A model generated the notes under the pieces. It did not search any database. It saw nothing but the letters and a program-made list of their open reading frames with translations, and was not told the origin of the DNA. A stretch of 64,000 nucleotides of DNA, from NCBI RefSeq assembly GCF_036365525.1, contig NC_090373.1, positions 135,400,098 to 135,464,097 of the forward strand, given 5' to 3'. Positions within the stretch are counted from its first letter, which is position 1. Each line of letters begins with the position of its first letter. A program made the position numbers and the translations under genes. Below are positions 51,839-64,000 of this stretch, piece by piece. This DNA comes from Heterodontus francisci (Eukaryota).

Positions 51839-53479
51839 AGCCTATTCTCTTTAGTTGCTTATGGACTGTTGTATATTTATAGTATTGTGTTTATTTCCAT
51901 TTTTTAGCATTTATTTGTCAATACAATCTCTAGATTTGAACAATATCCCTCACCTGATGCAACTCTGTAACTTATTTGCTTTTGCTCCTGCACAAGCTCT
52001 TTGAAAGAGCTTGTCACAGTCTGATTACTCTGCCTTTTCCTTATGCCCTTTAAAATTGCTTTACAAAATAAGGCTATTAACAGCTATAAAGCTAAGCTTT
52101 AGCATGGAGTTTACGTCACTAAACACTGGTGTAACATAAATCCTCTAGAGATTTATATGTCATATGGTGAAAAGCCCTGGTATGAATGGATCAAAAGTTC
52201 CCAGTTTCAGATTCACTTCCGAATGAAATTCATCTTTGCTTGATACAATTTGACTTGAGTGAATGCATATTCAGCTCAATATGAATAAGACAACCTGATG
52301 GGTCCTCTATCCCTTTGGAGGCTTGTTGTCTATTTCTAGATAACATAAGGTTACTAACTAGTGTTGTGATTTTACTCAACTTCAATTAAAATAGGCCGGA
52401 AACCAACAAGCATAACTGCATGCAAGAGTGGACCAGTAAACATTAAACAATATTGTATCAGCACAATAATCAAATTTAGACATGTTTAAATTAAGTCATA
52501 AGATTGTAGAAAATCATGGAAACAGGTTGCAGCCATTATAATGATTATTACCTTGTTTACAGTTTTAGCTGGAGTAACTACAATAGGCCACTCTAGGCTC
52601 TGCTCTGAGGTTTACAGTCATAACATGACTGAGCCTTTTAAATCTCTGTATAAATATGAGTCAAGTACAAATGGGCAAGTGACATCAAGTCGCCATACTA
52701 CTCTCATCCCCTGTTGACTGAAGATAATATCCAAATGCAAAACAGCAAATCTGTCCCAGAGTCTGACAGTGGATTCTGATAATACTAACTATTTACAGAT
52801 TGTGGATAAAAAATCTAATGCTGCTTTGAAATACCTGGCCAGAAGTAGGAGTGTGCATCAAGTAGCTGCACAATACTATTTATGTTTCTGGAGTGAAATC
52901 CAGACTGCTTTCAGAAAGAAGGCAGTTTATTAGGCACTTCAGTTGTTTGGACTGCAGGGCTTCAGTGTCTGTATTTATATTATTGTCCATCAGTTTCCTT
53001 CCTTCTTTGGAATGTGTTGATTCCTTGTTGGGGTACAGTTCCATCAGTGCTCACTGTACCCTGACCCCCAGTATCCATTATTCATGTGAGTTCTCATAAT
53101 GAGTGCTAGCAGGCAGGAGGTTCATCACTTCCAGACTGGAATCTGTGATCATTCAATGTCCATACATGCACATATCCATTAAGGTTGCTAGACAGAAACA
53201 AAGAGCGGGAACATTGCTCAATTTTTTTCTTTGGCAGCCCAAAGCACTGAGACCAGCTCTAGCAGCCCAATGTTGCCTGACTTAGAACAGCATAAAATGG
53301 AGATGAAACCTAGTACTTTCCTGGCTTGTATGGCTCAGCTTCTCACTGGATAAACTCTTCGAGCTATTGGAAGACCCTGCAGTCATGCTTTACTGCCAAC
53401 ACTTTCTTGAATCGAGTTAGCAGATATAAATCAAAATAATTTTACTCCCTTTTATCCTGTGTCAATTTTCTCTTCTTCC

Positions 53480-53830
53480 CCTCTGCTATGCTAAATGTGT
53501 GATCTCCTTTTGGTGGTATGATTCCATGGGTATCAAACACCCTCCAGTACCTCTTGTCCAAGTAGTCATTCTTCATATGCAAGCTTGCATGGTGAATGTT
53601 AATGGGCTACTTAACAGCAGCAACATTACAACTAAATCTGATCTTGTCCTCAAGTAATGTCTGTAAATGGTGCGCTTCTAGCAGGGGCAGGAACACTGGC
53701 CAATTTTTTCTCATGCTAATTTAGGAACACTAAGGCAAACTGTAGTGCTTCTGGTATTGTTTAACTGATATCTGCTAACTTAGCACAATAAAACTACCTG
53801 GTCTGCATTGCTCAGTTACTCACTGCCTTA
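53480..53830 (-). mobile_element. Decayed ancient SINE (Deu-SINE/AmnSINE-like); a second piece at about 53150-53350
   Basis: Reverse complement has TGTGCTAAGTTAGCAGATATCAG..CAGTTTGCCTTAG and GAAGAATGACTACTTGGACAAGAGGTACTGGAGG blocks; family name from recall. Confidence 0.45.
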
Positions 53831-54436
53831 AACAGTTTACGTTACTCAATGGCCCAGCTGGTTATTGTCTTTCGTCATCAGTTTAATCTATTATAATCGA
53901 GATGTAATGAAAAAAACTAGATTCGAATACAGCTTGAATCTAACAACTGATTCTAAAACATCAGGAAAGGTATTTCTATATAAAAAACAAAATTTGGCAA
54001 AAAATTACTTACATTTGCCTATGTCTGTTCCTACTGGAAAAATCCAAGTATTTATTTTTACTGCATTATAGTATATCTAATGTGAATGGAGAGAGGTTAG
54101 GAAAACTGTTTCACCTTAATTTAAACTGATAGTTTTACCTCAATAAAACCTTATTGATTATGCCAGGACATCATATTGTTGGGGTAACATGCTGTCAGTA
54201 AATTTGCAATGATTTACTCTAAAAGCAGCTGCTAACTTTTTAACCAGGATAAATTGCAAAATGATCAAGGCATATGCATTTTTGTAAACTTTGGTACAAT
54301 ACTGAATCATGAATAAGTAGGACTGTCCTTTGGCACAACTCAGCCACAAGAAAACCTGTCAGTTAAACAATGCAGTTGATACAAATCTCAGCTGGCCATA
54401 AAACAAACCTGAAGCCCAAGACAGCAGGAAAGAAAT

Positions 54437-54678
54437 AAGAACAGAAAGTGCTGCAAAAACTCAGCAGGTCAGGCAGCATCTGTGGAGAGAGAAACAGAGT
54501 TAATATTTCAGGTCTGTGACCTTTCATCCGAACCTGATGAAAGTTCTAACGAAAGGTCATAGACCTGAAACATTAACTCTGCTTCTCTCTCCACAGATGC
54601 TGCCAGACCTGCTGATTATTTCCAGCACTTTCTGTTTTTATTTCAGATTTCCAGCATCTGCAGTATTTTGCTTTTATT
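54437..54678. mobile_element. Fold-back insertion made of two inverted Penelope termini
   Basis: Arms about 54432-54533 and 54543-54644; perfect 16-bp TSD ACAGCAGGAAAGAAAT at 54421-54436 and 54679-54694. Confidence 0.85.
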
Positions 54679-54790
54679 ACAGCAGGAAAGAAATTTGCTT
54701 CCAGACCTGCGCTGCCCTGCGACCAGCCTTTGTGTAAAATTTTTTAAAAGCCTTTTTTGTTTGTAGTTAACTGTAAAGAAGATTCATTCA

Positions 54791-54976
<186 letters not shown>

Positions 54977-55794
54977 TCATGTATGTTTTTTCATAAGTAG
55001 CTGGCAGAATTAAGATGAGTTATGAAAACAGATTACACTGTATTTTGTAACAGAGTGCAAACCAGTTTTCTTTTAAAATGAGCAGATTAACTTTCCTCAG
55101 TTTTCCCCCCCCCAGGAACATGCAACAAGTGTAGCAGTACAAACTACTCTCAAACTTCCACTAATACCATTCTGAATCAACTACTAGAACTGCAAGTGTC
55201 ACCAGAGATGACTCCCTGATTTTGCCTTCCCAGGTGGGAATGTTCTACCTTAAACTTTCCACCTGCTTGTGGTAACATGGCTGAGAAAAAGAGTCCAGCA
55301 GTTTAGGGGATGAACTGACTCCTGTTATCAATTTTTTGGTCTTTTTAAAATAATTATAATGTATTCAACTACAAATGTACTTCCTCACGGGAAGTAAACA
55401 AAAAGCAAAACCAACGCAAGTCATTTCCGTGCAACTCTGAACTACTTGGGATAGAGGAATGTGACCTGACCAGTGTAAATAAGTAGTAGCCTGGCCCAAG
55501 AAGAGATGATGTCCAACACAAAAGGATGGCCACCCAAAACCAGTGGCACGTACTTTAATTGTTTTTCTTCTCAAATGGCAAACCAACATACAAAGAAGGA
55601 AAAAAAAAGTCAAGTTGGATTATTTACCAAATTACAAATTGGTCTGATGGTTTGGTACTGCACCTCTTGTGCTGGTACTCCACATTACAGAGCACTGAGG
55701 AGTTCTAAGTACCTAATGTGTACTAGGCCTAATACCTTCAAAGGGGCTATAATGCCCACAAAACCAAACCTATCTGCTCTAGCCCTTAGCATGT

Positions 55795-57220
55795 CATATG
55801 TTCAAAAAAGGGTCTGAAGATAAGACCAGCAACTATAGGCCAGTCAGTTTAACCTCGGTGGTGAGGAAACTTCTAGAAAAAATAATTTGGAACAAAATTC
55901 ATAGTCGAATGGACACATGTGGGCTAATTAAGGAAAGCCAGCATGGATTTCTTAAGGAAAAATCATGTTTAACTAACTTGCTGGATTTTTTTGTGGAGGT
56001 AACAGAGAGGGTTGATGAGGGCAATGCTGTAGATGTGGTGTACATGGACTTTCAAAAGGCGTTTGATACAGTGCCACACAACAGATCTGTGAGCAAACTT
56101 GTAGATCATGGAATAAAAGGGACAGTAGTAACATGGATTTGGAATTGGCTGAGTGACTGGAAACAAAGAGGTTGATGGATGTTTTTCAGGCTGGAGGAAG
56201 GTTTGTAGTGGAGTTCCCCAGGGGTCAGTATTGGGACGCTTGCTTTTCCTGATATATATTAATGACCTAGACCTTGGTGTACAGGGCACAATTTCAAAGT
56301 TTGCAGATGATACGAAACTTGGAAGCATTGTGAACTGTAACGAGGATAGTATAGAACTTCAAAAGGACACAGACAAGTTGGTGGAATGGGCAGACAGTGG
56401 CAGATGAAGTTCAATGCAGAGTAATGTGAAGTGATTCATTTTGGTAGGAAGAACATGGTGAGACCATATAAAGTAAAAGGTACAATTCTAAAGTGGGTGC
56501 AGGAGCAGAGGGTCCTAGGTGTATATGTACATGTCATTGCAGGTGGCAGGGTAGGTTGAGAGAGTGCTTAATAAAGCATACAGTATCCTGGGCTTTATTA
56601 ATAGGGGCATTGAGGTCAAGAGCAAGGAGGTTATGTTGAACTTCTATAAGACACTAGTTCGGCCTCAGCTGGAGTATTGCATCCAGGGTGCCTCACTTTA
56701 GGAAAGATGTGAGGGCATTGGAGAGAGTACAGAAAAGATTCACGAGAATGTTCCAGGGAGGAGGAACTTCAGTTATGAAGATAGACTGGAGAAGTTAGGA
56801 TTGTTTTCCTTGGAGAAGAGAAGGCTGAGAGGTGATTTGATAGAGGTATTCAAAATCATGAGGGGTCTGGACAGAGTAGATAGAGAGAAACTGTTCCCTC
56901 TTGTGAAAGGATCAAGAACGAAAGGGCACAGATTTAAAGTATTTGGTAAGAGAAGCAAAAGTGACATGAAGAAAAACTTTTTCACGCAGAGAGTGGTTAT
57001 GGTCTGGAATGCACTGTATGAGTGTGGTGGAGGCAGATTCAATTGAAGCATTCAAAAGGGAATTAGACTGTTATATGAAAAGGAGGATTGTGCAGGGTTA
57101 CGGGGAGAAGGCGGGGGGAATGGAACTGAGTAAATTGCTCTTTCGGAGATCCGGTGCGGACACAATGGGCGAAATGGCCTTCTTCTGCACTGTAATGATT
57201 CTGCGATTCTGTCTCTTTCT
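55795..57220 (+). mobile_element. CR1 LINE RT and 3' end
   Basis: NYRPVSLTS, QHGF, DFQKAFD, GVPQGSVLG, KFADDTK, FFTQRVV, tail. Confidence 0.92.
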
Positions 57221-57600
57221 CTAGTTTCTCTTCTATTACTCCTCATGTCCTTTCAAAGTTCATCGTGTCATGACACTCACCCTCTTGCTCTGTTGACCCC
57301 ATTCCCAATAAACTGTTGATCGCCGAACATTTCTTCCAGGCTTCCATGATCGCGAACTGTAAATGGCTCCCTCTCTTGAGGTACTCTCCTGTTTCCTCTC
57401 AAAACCAATGTCATCACTTTCCTCAAAAAATGTAGGCTCAACTCTCTGGGCTGGATTTTTAAAGACTGTTAGTTGCAGGAATGGGTGTGAATGTGATTTA
57501 AAGATCATGCTCTCGGAGGTTGGAACTGGATCCTGCTGCAATAATATTAAACTCACTACATATAAAATATTTAATACTGCCACACATTTGTTTGACTTAC

Positions 57601-57696
57601 CTAAAAATCTGTGCAATTTTACCATATCCAACTGGAAGTGATGAATGAGACCATGGAGATTAAACAGGTGACATAAGAGGGTGACAAGACTATTCC
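57601..57696 (-). CDS. PDE7B: PDE7B coding exon (first seen in window): (G)[31 protein letters not shown]
   Basis: 96 nt; acceptor tttatttcag, donor TTAG|gtaagt; phase 1/1. Peptide matches vertebrate PDE7B [26 protein letters not shown], as recalled. Confidence 0.95.
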
Positions 57697-58039
57697 CTGA
57701 AATAAAGGAAGAGCTAGTTAGCAATTAATTGACATTGACATATTTTAGAATTGATATTTAATAAAACATTAAATTACAGTGTCATCCCATATCATAAGGA
57801 TCATGTTGCTGCACAATATTACTCCTGGATAAAGATGTGGGTTTCTGTTTCAATTTTGTTCATGGTGGAAAGGCAGGTAGAAACTAGAACTGGCTTGGTT
57901 TAAAGTAAATTCTTCTCAGTCAGCATCCTCTGCACTTTGAGATTACTCTAATAGATTGCCCATATGAAGAATTCAAAATAATTGCCGTTTTATGATGCGT
58001 TCTCGCCTCTCTTGTTCTGGATAAATAATGTCTCTTTGG

Positions 58040-58532
58040 ACTAGATTTTGTGCTTGAGGCAGGGCTCCCAACGCCAGACTGAAAAGGCAGGGGGAACCCC
58101 GGATCTGCCTTTTCTTGCTGCCCACCCCTCCACCCACAGGGATCCTCCGGTCTTTTTGAATCAAATTTTTTGGAGGCGTTATCCCCTTCCCTTTAAAGCG
58201 GTAAAGTTGTTCCCGATGGACAAATTGCCTATGAAGGAGGGACACCCACCCCCCAAAGCCTGCAGGGAGGACACCTCGTTTTACAAGGTGTCCCCCCTGC
58301 CGCTGGTAAGATGCCAGTTGTGGTGAGAAAAGGCCCTTAATTGGCTGTTAATAGGCCACTTAAGGGCCTCAATTGGCCTCTGGGCGGGAAGGCCATTGTC
58401 AGCCTAGCCTGCCCCCGGGAAGGTCGCTGGGCAACGGGGAGGCCTGCCATCCCCCCCCGCCACCAATCGCGATTCTCTGTGTCCCCCACCTCACCTCTGA
58501 TCCTGCCTCAGGGGACCTCAAAAAATCCCAGA
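58040..58532. mobile_element. GC-rich non-autonomous DNA-transposon-like repeat
   Basis: Shares CCCTTAA..CACTTAAGGGCC..ATTGGCCTC with 63950-64000; AGATTTT...AAAATCC ends. Confidence 0.5.
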
Positions 58533-58594
58533 CTTTGAAGCAGAGACCAACCAATCTTTTCTCCCATTGCTGCAGCAGTAATTTCCAACTGCAT

Positions 58595-60044
58595 TGTTAC
58601 AGCCAGGTGGTAAGGGGTGTGGTTAGTTCCCACTGTTCACCTCACAATTGACCACAATCATGCTTTGTTTAAAATGATGAGTTAGCCCCTGAGTGTTTTA
58701 CTTGACAAATAAACAGACAGTGACAGATTTTCTTGTAGGTTTAAAACAGATTGACTATTTATTGAACAATATGCATTTCCCGAAATATTTGCAACACTAC
58801 TCACGCACACATTCACTCTCACATGTACTCTCAAGAGAAGATAGATGGCAAAGGATAAGAGTTCAAGGTGTGATAGGTGTTCGTGGCTTACGGTAAACCT
58901 GTTGAATCTTCTAAGTAAAACAATCTCTTTTTAAAGATGGAGGCCTGAGTTGTTTGTAGTCTTGACTTGTTGAGATGTTGTAGATTTCTGGTGGCTAAGA
59001 TTTCAGGTTGGAGGTGGCAGGTCACTTTCAGTTCTCTGCTGTACCAAGTTAAAGTGTAGAATTCGCAGCAGGACTCCTTCCTTGTTTTGGCTGGATCTTT
59101 CCACAGCCACCGGCTCGACTGCCTTCTGTGATGTTGCTGTGATCTCTCCTCTCTCTCTCTCCAGAGAGGTAAAAATCTCACATTAGCTTCTTTACGGAGA
59201 TGCATGGCCTTCTCCCCTGTTGTAACCAGACAACGGAATAGGACGTGGAATCCACGGCCATTGTTATGATCAGGTGAGGAGTCATCAAAGGGCTCCCCTC
59301 TTGTTCCTCTCCTTGTTCAACTGCAACAGGTTTATTTATTTTTTTAAGTGGATATACTTTCCAATTCAGTGAATGTTTAACTATTTACGTGCTATGATCA
59401 TAAAAAGAACTAATCGGACAGGTTTTCTTGAGTTTAACAAAGAAAGACATTAGCTTCAGTGTACTTAAACTGTCTTAATGTCTTGCTAATGGGAGCAAAA
59501 TAGATAGTTCATACAGATTCCCCAGTTCATTGTTCTTAAAGGGACTGGGCAGACAACTCGATTCCACTTCAATGCATTGGAATATGGACTACAGTGCAGC
59601 TTAGTTGCTAGTAAAGTCACCTTTTATTTGTTTCTTTCCTCCTATTTTAAAGTTTAATTCAGGTTTCCAGCTGGTGGATTAAAAAATCATCATTCAGCAT
59701 ATGTTTACGTGACACCATCCATTAATATCTGGTATAATCCAGTGATGAAAGTGGCTACTTCACAGCTTCTTTGTTTCAGAAGTACCCATTCACTTCAGGA
59801 ATGTCTCTTGGTGGTTTCACGTTAGTTGCAATTGAACTTCTTAGACTGGAATGTATCCTTTTGTCCTTAACAGACAGTGAGGCAATACTCGAATACTCAG
59901 GCCAGATCACCTGACCTTCTGTGGCCAGCTTTTGCAGCATTATTCACTTTAAAAAAAAAAGTAAAATCAATTTTAAAGAGTCTACCTCGAATAAAGTTTG
60001 TGTCTTAAAATTAGGAATATGATATGTCTTTACTGGGCGTGACA
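58595..60044 (-). mobile_element. Solo LTR containing a nested LTR fragment (about 59262-59470)
   Basis: TGTTAC...GTGACA termini; flanks GCAT/GTAT; nested piece matches the reverse complement of 5930-6115. Confidence 0.7.
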
Positions 60045-60109
60045 GTATGTGCTCATGTCAAAGTTTTCATATTTCTTGTGCTACTTTCCACTTTAGTTCA
60101 TCAGTCATC

Positions 60110-60712
60110 AAATTGGTAAGTCATGCTGCAGCTGTACAGAACCTTAGTTAGGCCACACTTGGAATATTGCGTGCAATTCTGGTCGCCACACTACCAGAAG
60201 GACGTGGAGGCTTTGGAGAGGGTACAGAAGAGGTTTACCAGGATGTTGCCTGGTCTGGAGGGCATTAGCTATGAGGAGAGGTTGGATAAACTCGGATTGT
60301 TTTCACTGGAACGACAGAGGTGGAGGGGCGACATGATAGAGGTTTACAAAGTTATGAGTGGCATGGACAGAGTGGATAGTCAGAAGCTTTTTCCCAGGGT
60401 GGAAGTGTCAGTTACTAGGGGACATAGGTTTAAGGTGCGAGGGGCAAAGTTTAGAGGGGATGTGCGAGGCAAGTTCTTTACACAGAGGGTGGTGAGTGCC
60501 TGGAACTTGCTGCCAGGGGAGGTGGTGGAAGCAGGTACGATAGCGACGTTTAAGAGGCATCTTGACAAATACATGAATAGGATGGGAATAGAGGGATACG
60601 GTCCCCGGAAGTGCAGAAGGTTTTAGTTTAGACAGGCATCAAGATCGGCGCAGGCTTGGAGGGCCGAATGGCCTGTTCCTGTGCTGTACTGTTCTTTGTT
60701 CTCTGTTCTCTG
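60110..60712 (+). mobile_element. CR1 LINE 3' fragment (young subfamily)
   Basis: Open ORF2 C-terminus 60123-60626 to natural stop, plus tail; near-identical to 1148-1806. Confidence 0.92.
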
Positions 60713-60824
60713 ATCTTTAGTGGCTCCTAAGATTCTAATGGACGTTGGCCGAATAGCCTGTCTCTGTGCTGTATATTCTATATAATTCTATGTAAGATTG
60801 AATTTCTTTTTTTTAGGCTACTAA

Positions 60825-61830
60825 GAACATAAGAAATAGGAGCAAGAGTAGGCCATTCAGCCCCTCAAGCCTGCACCGCCATTCAATTAGACCATGGCTG
60901 ATCTGTCCCAGGCCTCAACTCCTCTTTCAGACCTGCTCCGCATAACCCTTAACTGTCCGAAATTTCAAAAATCTATCTACCTCCTCCTTAAATGCATTTA
61001 GTGATCTAGCCTCCACAACTCTCTGAGATAGAGAATTCCAGAGATTCACCCCCCACCCCCCGCCGAGAGAAGAAATTCCTTTGCATCTCAGTTTTAAATG
61101 TGTGACCCCAGTGGAAACATATTCTCAACATCTTAAAGCCCCCTTAGAATCTTATATGTTTCAATAAGATCACCTCTCATTCTTCTAAACTCTAATGAAT
61201 AGAGGCCTAACCTGTTTAGCCGTTCTTGATTAGACAACCCCTTCATCCCAGGAATCAGCCTAGTGAACCTTTTCTGAACTGCTTCCAATGCTAGTATATC
61301 CATCCTTAAATACAGGGACCAAAACTGTACGCAGTAGTCCAGCTGTGGCCTCACCAACACCCTATACAGTTGTAATAAGACTTCCCTATTTTTAAACTCT
61401 AATCCCCTAGCAATAAAGGCCAACATTCCATTTGCCTTCCTAATTACCTGTTGCACCTGCATGCTAACTTTTTGTGTTTCATGTATAAGAACACTCAGAT
61501 CCCTCTGTACTGCAGTATTTTGTAGTCTTTCTCTATCTAAATAATAATCAGCCTTTTTATTCTTCCTACCAAAGTGGATGACCTCACACTTTCCCACATT
61601 GAACTCCATCTGCCAAGTTTTTGCCCACTCACTTAACCCATCTATATCCCTTTGCAGATTCTTTGTGTCCTCATCACAACATGTCTTCCCACCTATTTTT
61701 GTATTGTCAGCAAATCTGGATACACTACACTCTGTCCCTTCCTCCAAGTCATTAATATAGGTAGTAAATAGTTGAGGCTCTAGGACCGATCCTTGTGGCA
61801 CTCCACTAGTTATGACTTTCCAATCTGAAA
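60825..61830 (-). mobile_element. CR1 LINE RT and 3' end
   Basis: GVPQGSVLEP, RFADNTK, LDYCVQFWS, LGLYSLEFRRMRGD, tail. Confidence 0.9.
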
Positions 61831-62099
61831 AAATAAGGGCATAATTACCTATTATCAAAAACCATTACACAGTACCTTAGATGTTTATCCCAAAACATGG
61901 AAACATCAGAAATTTGCCTTGGGTTTTTCAATCTGCAAAGAATGCAACAGCTAATCCTTTGGAGGAATAGGGCCTTAGTGACATCAACTTCTGATTTCTG
62001 CATTTAACTGCACATATGCAGAAGTTGCTGTCAGTTTTACACAGTAATGACCGCAAATGCAAACAGGTTTTTGATCATTGCAACCACAAATTCCAGGCT

Positions 62100-62470
62100 G
62101 TTAGAAATATTTTAAATTATGGAAGGATTGCTTAGGGTAGATAGAAGCAGACTGTTTCCAATAGTTCAAGGGCCATGAAGGCTGGTCCATAGATACAAGA
62201 TTAATTGGAAGATATTTAGAACAGTGGGAAGGAGAAATTTATTTACAGAGATGTGAGGATATGGAATTTATTTCCAGGCCTAGTTGTTGAAGCAGAAACA
62301 ATGCCCACCTTCAAGATTAGGTTGGATAAGTGGATGAAGGAAAACGGGTTGAACGAATGTAGGAGCAGGAGAGGGTAAATGCGATTGGAACTATTGCTTG
62401 TATGGAGATTAAACATCAACATGGACTGGTTGGGCCAAATAACCTGCTTCCATATGTAACTTCTATGTAT
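62100..62470 (+). mobile_element. Old CR1 3' fragment
   Basis: Degenerate CR1 C-terminus and tail GGTTGGGCCAAATAACCTGCTTCC. Confidence 0.55.
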
Positions 62471-62565
62471 TTCTGTATTTGACTATAAGCATCAGCATTT
62501 GTGAACATGATTACAGTGTTGATAGCAAAAACATAAAATAGTGATTGGTCATTAAGAATTGCTAA

Positions 62566-62880
62566 TGTTACAATCAGATAAGGAGGGCTCACAAGGCTCC
62601 CCTCTTGTCCTTCTCCTTGTTTGCCCGCAACAGGGGTTATTCCTTTTAAAACAATGGATGTGCTTTCCACTTCAGTGAGTGTTTTACCTTTTACCTTTCT
62701 TGTGATCATAAAAGAACCAATTGGACAGTTTAAACAAGAAAGAGGTGAGTTTATTGTACTTAACCAAAAACTAAACCCAATCTAAGTAAAATAATAAAAC
62801 TACGCTACACTTTCACACGCACACGAGAATCACACACAAACAGAGCACAAAGTGATAAGAAACAGTCTGGTTTGGATTAG
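62566..62880 (-). mobile_element. LTR 3'-end fragment of the 5129 and 59262 family
   Basis: TGTTACAATCAGATAAGGAGGGCTCACAAGGCTCCCCTCTTG, collinear with 59262-59470. Confidence 0.65.
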
Positions 62881-63444
62881 AGTCCATGTCAAGAAAACAC
62901 TATATGCCAAATGAGAAATATGAATTCATCAGTTGGAAACTTACAATAGACTTTAAATGGAGAAAATCCTACAGTTAACTTAAAAAAAAACTGGCAGCCA
63001 AGATGGGCACCGCAATTTGCATCTGAAACAACTTTGCACATTCCAAGGCCCAACTGGAGCCAAAAGTCTGAGAAGCACTGGACACAAACAATGGCTTGCT
63101 CTAAGTAATTGAATTACCTAGGATTGCAATTCTGACGCATTAACTTTGAAAGAGCAAACCCCTCCAAGAGTAAATATAGGCATCCTGGGGCCTGTGGAGC
63201 AAATTCTGAACTTGTTACCTCATTAGAACATTCCAGAAAATACCATGAGGCAGTCATGCGACCATCTGTCCATCTCTGAAAAAAACTGGGAGTTTTGTAA
63301 CACAGACAATACACAAACAGTAACTGCGACCGCAGCAGCAGAGAAGGTTGTGTGCCTCCCTTTCTCTCTCTGCAGAAAACATCAAATTTGAAAACCGTCT
63401 GCAACTGTGGACCCTCCAAGCCTACAAATTGCTACAGAGACCAG

Positions 63445-64000
63445 GGGCTGGATTTTACCTTAGACGGACGGGAATTTGCCACCAACGTGAAATGCTGTGG
63501 TGAACTCGATTTCGCTTAGCCCGGGGATCCGTCTTGCATTTTACGGGTCCCCGGGCTTTAATTGTCCCAAGACGGAAAGGCGGGATTTCCACCCACTTGA
63601 GGGAGGAGGTCCCGCCTCAGTGAGCAGCTTAGGCCACTGGTGGCCACTGCTGGGACTGCAGCCCAGCTGAAGCCATGGATCCAGGAGGGAAGGTAAGTAG
63701 GGCCATGCCTCACCAGGAGAACTAGCCCTTCCTTGATGAGGCTGGAGTGGTCGTTTGGGGGGAGGGGGGCATCTTGGGTCCCGGGGGCGGATTGGGAGGC
63801 AGGGGCGGCTCTCAATTGAGCACCCTGTGCCTGATTGCCATGCCCTCCCCCCGGAGCGTGGAAAGGCCAGCAGCTATTGCTGCGCGGGCTTTCATGTCCC
63901 CAGCACGCCCACTTGCCAAGGGTAAAATACCTGTGGAGGCGGGCAAGGGCCCTTAAGTGGCTGTTAAGTGGTCACTTAAGGGCCTTGATTGGCCTCAGGC
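63445..64000. mobile_element. GC-rich non-autonomous DNA-transposon-like repeat, runs off the window end
   Basis: Begins GGGCTGGATTTT; shares motifs with 58040-58532 and 41402-41946. Confidence 0.5.

Noticed and set aside
57260-57724. 154-aa ORF extending the PDE7B exon frame into the intron, ending near a strong donor (AGG|gtgagt at 57281)
   Set aside because: That donor is phase 0 while the next exon needs phase 1, so its use would frameshift; the extension has no PDE similarity and the canonical donor at 57601 is strong.
57697-64000. Search for the next upstream PDE7B exon (xxKVGxWxFDIFLFDRLTN-like)
   Set aside because: Not found by eye; the region is mostly TE-derived, so the exon probably lies beyond the window.

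Overview
Vertebrate genomic DNA, most likely a cartilaginous fish (shark): it carries an HE1/V-SINE-type element, abundant CR1 LINEs, Penelope-like elements and Gypsy LTR elements. The only host gene I can support is the 3' half of PDE7B (cAMP-specific phosphodiesterase 7B) on the minus strand. Its eight coding exons (57696 down to 30001) have GT-AG boundaries and compatible phases, and splice into an uninterrupted catalytic domain ending at TAA 30001-30003. The 5' exons were not found in the window. Positions 1-27 kb and most introns are filled with decayed and nested transposable elements. The most interesting sequence-level signals are: (1) minimal hammerhead-ribozyme motifs in Penelope-like terminal repeats, including tiny and fold-back insertions with their own target-site duplications; (2) a LINE whose endonuclease-RT coding region starts directly behind a tRNA-like Pol III head; (3) a Gmr1-type Gypsy element with protease-then-integrase order; (4) a four-level nested insertion. 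I found no prokaryote-type system and no clearly new protein-coding system. Exon, TSD and LTR-terminus coordinates were read base by base; other TE boundaries are approximate, and family names are from recognition, not database searches.
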